A DNA stretch of 64,000 nt from a virus: positions 96,001 through 160,000 of IMG/VR virus record IMGVR_UViG_3300036399_001571. One strand, given 5' to 3'. Made by a program: the position numbers and the translations under genes. Shown here one piece after another: positions 27,809-34,692 of this stretch. The first letter of the stretch is position 1; every line of letters begins with the position of its first letter. A model generated the notes under the pieces. The model was not told the origin of the DNA, ran no database searches, and saw only the letters and a list, made by a program, of their open reading frames with translations.

Positions 27809-28591
27809 TTACTTAGTGACGGTGCGCTTCTTTGGTGACTTCTTAGTGACTTGCTTCTTTGGGGCGGTGCGCTTGCTCACTGTCACTGATTTGTTTGGCG
27901 TGGGTAGCACTGTCACGGTAATCGCTCTAGCACTCTCAACCACTAGCACTGTCGTTGTTGTCGTTGTCGTAGGTGCTTCGGTAATCACTGGCTCACTCTC
28001 AACCACTGTCACTGGCTCACTGTCTGCTACTGCTTCGGCTGTCTCGGATACAGGGACTGTCGTAGTCGTGGGTGCGATAGTCGTTGTCGTAGTCGTAGGG
28101 GCGAGGGTAGTCGTAGTCGTAGTCGTGGTCGTAGGTGCTTCGCTCACGGCTTCATTACAACTAACTGAACAGTCGCCATTGGTGACTACTGGATTACTAC
28201 TAGCACCAACCAACTGATAGACGGCACTACGAGCGAGGGCGGTATCTATTCCGTCACGCCATAGGGCGAGCATAAAGTTAGGGCGATAGCCGTTGCCACC
28301 TGAACCGTGACCAATACCAACTCCGACATATTCGCACACTGCGAACCATTGGTGCGCTTTCGCTATCGCCTTACCTAGTGCGCTATGACCACCATTGGAA
28401 TAGGTAACTAATCTCTCAAATGCTTCAGTGCCTATCTCGGTGTCAATAATCGTTATGACTGTCGGTTGCTGTGACGAGGGTGCTTCTCTCGGCTCACTAC
28501 ACTCACTTGCTCTCGCTTCGGTGATAGTGACAAGGGGTAGCGATAGCGATAGGGCTAGGGCTAATGCGATAAAGGTTCGTGCTTGCTTCAT
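27809..28591 (-). CDS. Secreted/membrane Thr-rich (mucin-like) protein
   Basis: Signal-like N-terminus MKQARTFIALALAL; poly-Thr/Pro tracts; basic C-terminus. Confidence 0.7.
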   Translation of the reverse strand: MKQARTFIALALALSLSLPLVTITEARASECSEPREAPSSQQPTVITIIDTEIGTEAFERLVTYSNGGHSALGKAIAKAHQWFAVCEYVGVGIGHGSGGNGYRPNFMLALWRDGIDTALARSAVYQLVGASSNPVVTNGDCSVSCNEAVSEAPTTTTTTTTTLAPTTTTTTIAPTTTTVPVSETAEAVADSEPVTVVESEPVITEAPTTTTTTTVLVVESARAITVTVLPTPNKSVTVSKRTAPKKQVTKKSPKKRTVTK

Positions 28592-28649
28592 AGTAACTCT
28601 CTCTCGGTATGGGCTACCCGTAAGGCTACCCGTAGGCATTGGAATTTTT

Positions 28650-29006
28650 TCACTTTTTTTCGCTTATCCACTCACCACCACTGGCGAACACTGTCTCTCC
28701 CTCATTGGTGAAACTCCAAGCGTAATCGCAACAAGGCTTTTGCTCATAGGGGCTAGGGTGTGCGCCTTTCTCTAGCGACTTCGCTAGTAGTGGGAATGTC
28801 TCTAGTAACTTGACGATACAAGCGTGGCAGATATTCCACGACTTAGGTTCACTATCAGACATTAGAAACTCAAGGTTGTCGGTGAAACCACCATAGAAAC
28901 CAAATGCTTCATAGGGTAAGCACCAACCACTGTCTAGTGTTGTTGCTGTCGGGTGACTTACGAGCTTGACTTCATCACAAGCGTCACACTTCACTGCGTT
29001 GCTCAT
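28650..29006 (-). CDS. Zn-binding hypothetical protein
   Basis: CDAC...CHAC. Confidence 0.7.
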   Translation of the reverse strand: MSNAVKCDACDEVKLVSHPTATTLDSGWCLPYEAFGFYGGFTDNLEFLMSDSEPKSWNICHACIVKLLETFPLLAKSLEKGAHPSPYEQKPCCDYAWSFTNEGETVFASGGEWISEKK

Positions 29007-29296
29007 AGTGCGTACTCTCCACGCTTACGGCGATAGTGCGATACAAAGTCATCACTGTCGTAGTCACAAGGCGTCCACACTATGTCGGCTTCGCTAAAGG
29101 TATCGTCAAGGTGTAAGCGAACTACTACATAGTCAAATGCGTCATAGGCGTTGTATGCGATAAACCTCATACAGCCTACGAGGGTAGAACGGTGTTCGTA
29201 GTGACTAGGTAAGTCATAGCGACACATACTCCAAGCGTCACCATAAGAGGGACACTCAACCACTGCGTACCTGCGTCTATCTTTCTCAATAGTCAT
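29003..29296 (-). CDS. Hypothetical protein, leaderless candidate
   Basis: ATG 6 nt after the -10 TACGCT of promoter copy 29316. Confidence 0.65.
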   Translation of the reverse strand: MTIEKDRRRYAVVECPSYGDAWSMCRYDLPSHYEHRSTLVGCMRFIAYNAYDAFDYVVVRLHLDDTFSEADIVWTPCDYDSDDFVSHYRRKRGEYAL

Positions 29297-29338
29297 AGTG
29301 TAAGCGTAGGGTAGGTGATATCAGAATTACTAAATGGG

Positions 29339-29422
29339 GTAAGCAAGTAGGTAAGAGTAAGCAACGAGGTAAGCGAGTAGGTAGGTAAGCGAGTAAGTAA
29401 GTAGGTAGGTAAGTAGGTAGGT
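29339..29422. repeat. Low-complexity GTAA/GTAG tetranucleotide array
   Basis: GTAAGCAAGTAGGTAAG...GTAGGTAGGTAAGTAGGTAGGT, 84 bp. Confidence 0.8.
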
Positions 29423-29538
29423 GTTACCCGTATGCTACCCGTGTGCCTTGCGTTAGTCATACTCTCTCAACTTCAGTGCGAAATAGATAAGGGCGATACT
29501 TGCTAGGCAGAATAACTCAAGCACTGTCTCACCACTCA

Positions 29539-29739
29539 TTAGTCATTGCCTTGCGTATCGTTGCTATCCACTGCGTAGTCACTGCTGTCAAGCGTGAACT
29601 TAGGCATAACGAATAGCGTGTTGCCTATGCTGTATGCGTTACGGCTTGCGTTGTAAATTGCGTCAGGGAATAAGCGAACTAAGTCAATTGCTTTCAGTGG
29701 CGTATCGCTTAGGTGAACTATGTTGCGTATTCGTGCCAT
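29539..29739 (-). CDS. Hypothetical protein
   Basis: Start tentatively MARIRN. Confidence 0.5.
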   Translation of the reverse strand: MARIRNIVHLSDTPLKAIDLVRLFPDAIYNASRNAYSIGNTLFVMPKFTLDSSDYAVDSNDTQGND

Positions 29740-29752
29740 TGTCGTTGTCGCT

Positions 29753-29977
29753 TTACTTCGTACTAGCGACTGCGTGTGCGTAATAAATATCGTCACACCA
29801 CTCTGCCAACTTCACTAAGTCGGCGACTAACGAACCTTGCGAGTTGAGCAACCCACGCAACCCATCAGGCAATGTTTGTGAATTGCTGTCACCACTGCGT
29901 GTTGTGTTGTGTATCGCCGTGATTAGGTCGCTAGCAATTTTTGCTATGTCACCAAAGTCGTTTGCGTTGTATACCAT
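29753..29977 (-). CDS. Hypothetical protein
   Basis: Start revised to MVYNAN after AAGGGGG SD and promoter copy 30019. Confidence 0.65.
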   Translation of the reverse strand: MVYNANDFGDIAKIASDLITAIHNTTRSGDSNSQTLPDGLRGLLNSQGSLVADLVKLAEWCDDIYYAHAVASTK

Positions 29978-30066
29978 AATGCCCCCTTGTGTAGTAGTTA
30001 CGGTAAGCATAGCGTATGCGATATCAGATTTACAAAACGCCTTCCAGAGTGGTAGGCGGGGCTCTT

Positions 30067-30080
30067 CGAACACCTGTTCG
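30067..30080. promoter_or_regulatory. LexA-type SOS box (T)CGAAC-ACCT-GTTCG
   Basis: Perfect half-sites at the right boundary of the cassette region. Confidence 0.65.
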
Positions 30081-30135
30081 CCCTTGGTGGGCACCCGTAT
30101 TCCAAATTTTTCACTTCACCGTATTTCAACTAGAT

Positions 30136-30768
30136 TTATCTAAAGCGGCTCTTAGAGGTCTTCTTCTTGCCTTTTGCTGCCTGGTAGGCCTCCATGTCGT
30201 CTATCGGCGTCACAAGCTCTCCTATGTTCGTCCAGTCCGCCTTCTCGCCTAAGTGCATGACCGCTGTCTTGACTTCCCAGCGCATCTCAGCATCGAATGC
30301 AATGTCTAATAGTTTGATATGCAGCTTGTTGAGGTCGTATATGGTCATCGGTGATGAGTCGCCATACCTGAAGTGTTCTCTGAGTGCTGCAGATAGCTCT
30401 GCGTAGTTTCCGTCAACATGAATGATGTCTTCAGGCTTTGTGATGTTTGTAGCTATGTAGCCATATGGCTCTTCCATCAAATTGAGAAACGTCCGCATGA
30501 GTTCTCTCATTTTTTGAGTCCCAAAACCGGCTTCTTCTAACTGTCCAAGGAGTAGAACAATGAAGCATCCTTCATAGGTGAAGCTTCTGTCATAGCCTGA
30601 GACACCTGTCTGTATGTAGGCGGGGGGGATAAACCCTTCTTTAATCCAGTTATCGAAAGTCTTGTACTGAGTTTCGGTGTAAAAGGAGAGCTCTTGCAGT
30701 GTGAGTGTAAGAGTTTGTTTCTTTTGTAGATGGAGAGCTTTGATTCTCTCTGTGTCCATAAGTGCCAT
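30136..30768 (-). CDS. MerR-like winged-HTH DNA-binding protein
   Basis: LTLQELSFYTETQYKTFDNWIKEGFIPP..RSFTYE pattern. Confidence 0.6.
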   Translation of the reverse strand: MALMDTERIKALHLQKKQTLTLTLQELSFYTETQYKTFDNWIKEGFIPPAYIQTGVSGYDRSFTYEGCFIVLLLGQLEEAGFGTQKMRELMRTFLNLMEEPYGYIATNITKPEDIIHVDGNYAELSAALREHFRYGDSSPMTIYDLNKLHIKLLDIAFDAEMRWEVKTAVMHLGEKADWTNIGELVTPIDDMEAYQAAKGKKKTSKSRFR

Positions 30769-30965
30769 TGTGTTGTTCCTCTAGGTGTAAATATAACAGA
30801 AGACGTGGCAAACCAGGATAAATTTAACTGAAAGTTGGCGCGCCGTTTTTCTCAGTTTCGTTATGCGTGGTAGCTACAAAATATATAACAGCTTGCTATT
30901 GCTGTTTAAATTTATCCAATAGAGGGCCAAAAATAAAAAAATCGCGGGGAAACCCGTCGCCTAGA

Positions 30966-31355
30966 TTACAAGTCCCCGCCGTTTCGTTTTAATTTATCCA
31001 GAACTCTGAACTCAGCAAGCGATTTTGACTTGTATCCATTTGCTGTCATTCTGGCGTTCATGGCGTCGTGTTCTTGTTTCTTTCTTGTTTGTCCTGTGAG
31101 CTGGAGAACGTGCTGTCCATAGAGCGTGATTCTGTATTTCTCTTGTCCTTTTGACCCTGTCTCTTCCAGACAGCCGCTTCTTGCCAGATGCTTGAAAGAC
31201 TCCTCAACATGATTGATGTAGTCCTTCCTGTTGAGTTGGAAGCTCCGGTAATCAGCACGAGTGAACCAGCCTTTTTTCATCTTTGCATAACACATGACAA
31301 CATAGGCCTGGCTGCCCTGTTTGATTGGCTTTCTATTTGGGATTTGATTTGTCAT
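30966..31355 (-). CDS. Hypothetical protein (winged-helix-like)
   Basis: 129-aa ORF; FKHLARSGCLEE..KYRITLYG. Confidence 0.65.
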   Translation of the reverse strand: MTNQIPNRKPIKQGSQAYVVMCYAKMKKGWFTRADYRSFQLNRKDYINHVEESFKHLARSGCLEETGSKGQEKYRITLYGQHVLQLTGQTRKKQEHDAMNARMTANGYKSKSLAEFRVLDKLKRNGGDL

Positions 31356-31357
31356 AT

Positions 31358-31669
31358 TTAGTCTTTTTTGGTTCCTTGCCAGCTCAGTGAGTTGATGATT
31401 CTCGACTCCTCATGCAGTGCCATTGCGTACTCCCCAATGACGGTGCCCGTAGAATCGTCCACAATCGCATTGTGGAGCCTTGTAGCGAGCCCTTTCCATA
31501 GTTCTATTAGTTCTGCCGCATTTGTGGCGTCATCATGCATTACGCACTTGCTCACAGGGTTTCGTATCTTCTCCAAAAACTCTGGGTAATCAACTTTTGC
31601 CTTTGGTTTTACCTTTTTTGCCATTCCGATTGACTTTCCGGTGGCTGTAACTACTTTTGGTTCCGTCAT
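31358..31669 (-). CDS. Hypothetical protein
   Basis: 103-aa ORF. Confidence 0.65.
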   Translation of the reverse strand: MTEPKVVTATGKSIGMAKKVKPKAKVDYPEFLEKIRNPVSKCVMHDDATNAAELIELWKGLATRLHNAIVDDSTGTVIGEYAMALHEESRIINSLSWQGTKKD

Positions 31670-31716
31670 GGACCAGAGCGTATCTATTTTTTGGTTTTTA
31701 ACAACCTAAATTTGAA

Positions 31717-32562
31717 TTAATCATACTTTGAGCCAGATTTCCGGTGCGCCCATAGGCCGTGGAAAAAGCGTTGTTCAGGCCTGAATCCGCCAAGTACGGC
31801 GTGTGCCATGAGGAACAGGTCAACAACGATTACATCGCCCTCATTCCACTCGTGAACCTGTCGAATATCCTCGTTGTTGTGTATTTGTTTTGTAAAGAAC
31901 AATGACAACTCAAGAAATCGTGCATCTTCGTAATCTGAAGGCCGCCTTCCATCAAAGCTGTGCAAGTAATAGGTCTCTCTATCGTATTTAAAAAGGGCGC
32001 TGAGTCTTAGGGCGTTTCTGCCAGACGGTTCGTACATCTCAACGGCATCATGGAGTGCCGGAATCTGTTGGCGCCCTGGCTCATCGAGCGCCCAACCGTA
32101 AAACGCTGCCACTTTGCATTTTTTGAGAAAATCGGCATCTTCTTCACTGAGCATGTCGTATACATCAGAGATGTTCACAAACAAGGTATTCCCAACACCG
32201 GTTTCGCACTTGAACTTCTCCATATTCCAAGTCGCCCCGACTGCAGGGTTGTGGTGACCCATATGCTCAAGGTGCCAGGACAAAAGTATTTCATCTTTTT
32301 TAATGTTGTGCCTGTTGTGCATATTCATTGAGTGTGAGTGGTTTTCTTCATATGACCAAATTTGCTCACCAAATTCTGACGAGTTTGGATACCAGCCCAT
32401 TCTGTCGCCGAATATCTTTGTTAAAAGCAGCTGTTCGGAGCGAGAGATACTAGTGCCACGAAAAACAATCAGTGCGTTCCTCTTGAAAGCATCTACGTAG
32501 CCATCAATGTTCTGAATGATTGACTCAAATGAATCAACAATGACTGGTTCAACAATTTTCAT
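31717..32562 (-). CDS. TauD/TfdA-family 2OG-Fe(II) dioxygenase
   Basis: WHLE (HxE) facial triad start; GNTLFVN; HEWNEGDVIVVDLFLMAHAV. Confidence 0.85.
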   Translation of the reverse strand: MKIVEPVIVDSFESIIQNIDGYVDAFKRNALIVFRGTSISRSEQLLLTKIFGDRMGWYPNSSEFGEQIWSYEENHSHSMNMHNRHNIKKDEILLSWHLEHMGHHNPAVGATWNMEKFKCETGVGNTLFVNISDVYDMLSEEDADFLKKCKVAAFYGWALDEPGRQQIPALHDAVEMYEPSGRNALRLSALFKYDRETYYLHSFDGRRPSDYEDARFLELSLFFTKQIHNNEDIRQVHEWNEGDVIVVDLFLMAHAVLGGFRPEQRFFHGLWAHRKSGSKYD

Positions 32563-32591
32563 ACTCGCAATAATCCTATTCCTTCTGTCAG

Positions 32592-33599
32592 CTACAACGA
32601 TTCAACCAAATTCTTAGCCCAGTGCCAATGAGCATGTGAGCCAAAGTGACCCATGGGTCTGTTGTCCTCAAAATGAAGGGTTGACTTCTTTAATCTATCC
32701 AGTTCGACCTCTTCGATAATCAGGTCAAACTTTCTATGCTTCTTGGGTACCAAATATCTGTCATAACCATAATTGAAGCATCCATTAGACCTGTTTTTTA
32801 GGTCAACACAGCACTCCCCCGACCACATGTTATGTGAGTAATTTCCAAGGATTTCATTTGTCTCATAATCGACATAGGGGTTATACAGCTGAAGATAGTT
32901 CACTGTGTATTTGTTCTTTACGTAAGATTTAAAGTTCTCTAAAAATTTGTACTCTAAATACTCACTTGTGTCTGTCCACATTTGCCAGCGCAGCACAATG
33001 TCGTTCGCCGCACACATTGCCTCCAACTCGCTCAGCGCTACTACCGACTGTGTCGATGCTTGTTCATTCGTGTAGGAGTTGTCGGTCATTCCCACATGGG
33101 TATGGCCATCGACTATCTCACCAGATTCCGTCGTATGTTGGTATCTGGTAATTTCTGGGAAATTGCAGAGAACTATTTCAGGGGCACCGTAGGTTCGGAT
33201 GTATGTGGCCAGCATCCTTACCTGAAGGGCAATTGACGAACCAGGTTTTCCGAGGTTCACCACGTCGTCAATTCCAGTTAATTCTCCAACCACCGAAGGC
33301 CATATGAAGTTTTCCGGGACACCAACACCGAGAGTGTGCGAACATCCAAGGGCTATAATCCCCGTATCTTCATGAAAATCTTTTGACCTAAAATTGTTTA
33401 TGTTAAAAGAGTAACTAAGAAGTTCCGGAGAAGCATATTCGCTCTTTAGGTTTGATGTATACGATGTATACGGAGAATAGCATTTCTCAAAAGATACGTG
33501 TTTGAACCCGGCACTCTCCCATGTCATTAACGGCTGTGGCGGTTCATGTTCTGCTTTGCTATTTATCATCATAGTGAGTCGACTAGGTTTTTTGCCCAA
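32592..33599 (-). CDS. SGNH/GDSL-like hypothetical protein, paralogue A
   Basis: ALGCSHTLG and NLGKPGSSI blocks; C-terminal HFGSHAH. Confidence 0.7.
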   Translation of the reverse strand: MGKKPSRLTMMINSKAEHEPPQPLMTWESAGFKHVSFEKCYSPYTSYTSNLKSEYASPELLSYSFNINNFRSKDFHEDTGIIALGCSHTLGVGVPENFIWPSVVGELTGIDDVVNLGKPGSSIALQVRMLATYIRTYGAPEIVLCNFPEITRYQHTTESGEIVDGHTHVGMTDNSYTNEQASTQSVVALSELEAMCAANDIVLRWQMWTDTSEYLEYKFLENFKSYVKNKYTVNYLQLYNPYVDYETNEILGNYSHNMWSGECCVDLKNRSNGCFNYGYDRYLVPKKHRKFDLIIEEVELDRLKKSTLHFEDNRPMGHFGSHAHWHWAKNLVESL

Positions 33600-34594
33600 T
33601 GAAAATGGGCATGCGAGCCAAAATGAGCCACTGGTATAGTGCCCCTAGTATTCAAGGTCGATTTTTTTAATTTCTCTAGTTCATTTTTTTCAATAATTAA
33701 GTCGTGTTTTTGGTATTTTTTAGGGACCGAATACCTATCGTAACCATAATTGAAGCATCCGTTTGACCTCTTTCTCAAGTCACTACAGCACTCTTCTGGC
33801 CATGAATCATGCGAGTAATCTCCGCAAATTTCATTTGTCTCGTAGTCAGTATACAAGTTGTGCATATGGAGATAATTTGCGGTGTACTTATTCTTTACGT
33901 AGGAGGTAAAGTTATTCAACAATTTATCTTCAAAATTTTCACCTGTGCCCGCCCACATTTGCCAGCGGAGTAAAATCCCGTTTGCATTACAGATTGCTTC
34001 TAAATCTCCAAGCGCCAATATGGATTGTGTCGATGCTTGCTCATTCGTATAAGAATTATCTGCCATACCCATGTAGGTGTTACCATCAACTATTTCTCCA
34101 GATTCGGTTATATGTTGATACCTGACAATTTCTGGGAAATTGCAAAGAACCATTTTGGGAGCACCATAGGTTCTGACGTAAGTGGCCAACATTCTTACCT
34201 GAAGGGCAATTGACGAACCAGGTTTTCCGAGGTTCACCACGTCGTCAATTCCAGTTAGTTCTTTAACAAACGATGGCCATATGAGGTTTTCTGGAACACC
34301 GACTCCGAATGTGTGCGAACACCCAAGTGTCACCGTGTTTGTGTTTTCATGGAAGTCTTTTGACCTAAAATTATGTATATTAAAAGAGTAACTAAGCAGT
34401 TCTGGCGACGCATATTCAGACTGGAAGTTTAACGTATAAGAGGTGCGCGGTGAGTCACGCTCCTCAAATGAAATATGCTTGAAACCGATGGTGTCCCATT
34501 TCGGTGAAGAAAATGGAGCGTTTTTGTCAAAATGCGATGGTTTCAATGGCGCACTAGACACCAAATTTTTTTTGTACTCCTGCCATGGGCTCAT
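33569..34594 (-). CDS. SGNH/GDSL-like hypothetical protein, paralogue B
   Basis: Collinear with paralogue A over nearly its full length. Confidence 0.7.
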   Translation of the reverse strand: MSPWQEYKKNLVSSAPLKPSHFDKNAPFSSPKWDTIGFKHISFEERDSPRTSYTLNFQSEYASPELLSYSFNIHNFRSKDFHENTNTVTLGCSHTFGVGVPENLIWPSFVKELTGIDDVVNLGKPGSSIALQVRMLATYVRTYGAPKMVLCNFPEIVRYQHITESGEIVDGNTYMGMADNSYTNEQASTQSILALGDLEAICNANGILLRWQMWAGTGENFEDKLLNNFTSYVKNKYTANYLHMHNLYTDYETNEICGDYSHDSWPEECCSDLRKRSNGCFNYGYDRYSVPKKYQKHDLIIEKNELEKLKKSTLNTRGTIPVAHFGSHAHFHWAKNLVDSL

Positions 34595-34692
34595 GATGCT
34601 CTTTAGTATGTGAATCTGGATTTTTTTCCAAATGCACGTCTCCAGAGAATCCGGATTATTTTACGGAATTTTCTAACTTTCATACCGCTATC

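Larger units (their letters stand above)
26948..29443. repeat. Direct-repeat doublets (T/C)ACCCGTA-N3/4-(T/C)ACCCGT(A/G)
   Basis: Doublets at 26948/26959, 27687/27699, 28615/28627, 29425/29436, all in the same orientation. Confidence 0.75.
2796..30037. promoter_or_regulatory. Family of about 30 near-identical promoters; sense-strand consensus TTGTAA-ATCTGATATCG-N7-TANNNT
   Basis: + strand (C)GATATCAGATTTACAA at 2796, 2854, 3753, 5249, 6506, 7066, 8467, 9365, 10117, 11121, 11763, 12487, 13108, 13764, 13995, 14440, 14685, 15249, 15718, 17115, 17814, 18336, 18699, 19193, 20467, 20880, 29316, 30019 (leftward); reverse-oriented copies at 20933 and 24688 (rightward). In the copies checked a TANNNT hexamer lies 18 bp from TTGTAA and a co-oriented gene follows. 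Confidence 0.9.
2940..30064. repeat. Dispersed heptamer AGCCCCG/CGGGGCT, often as inverted pairs just upstream of the promoter motif
   Basis: Pairs such as 7187/7219, 10236/10269, 11148/11180, 12524/12556, 14020/14051, 17300/17334, 18372/18403, 18736/18770 (spacers 24-27 bp); about 50 copies by eye left of 30.1 kb and none noticed to the right. Confidence 0.85.

Noticed and set aside
27804-28217. Val-rich + strand ORF
   Set aside because: Antisense shadow of the Thr-rich gene
2796-30037. CRISPR array interpretation of the GATATCAGATTTACAA repeats
   Set aside because: The repeats are separated by 58 bp to several kb of gene-containing sequence rather than uniform spacers, occur in both orientations, sit at fixed spacing to a -10 hexamer, and no cas genes are present
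2940-30064. Classical integron attC cassette array
   Set aside because: No RYYYAAC/GTTRRRY core sites were recognised, no integron integrase is present, and the cassettes carry their own promoters; only a loose analogy is retained
32592-34594. Diversity-generating retroelement (TR/VR) explanation of the paralogue repeats
   Set aside because: Differences are not adenine-specific, both copies are full genes, and no reverse transcriptase is present
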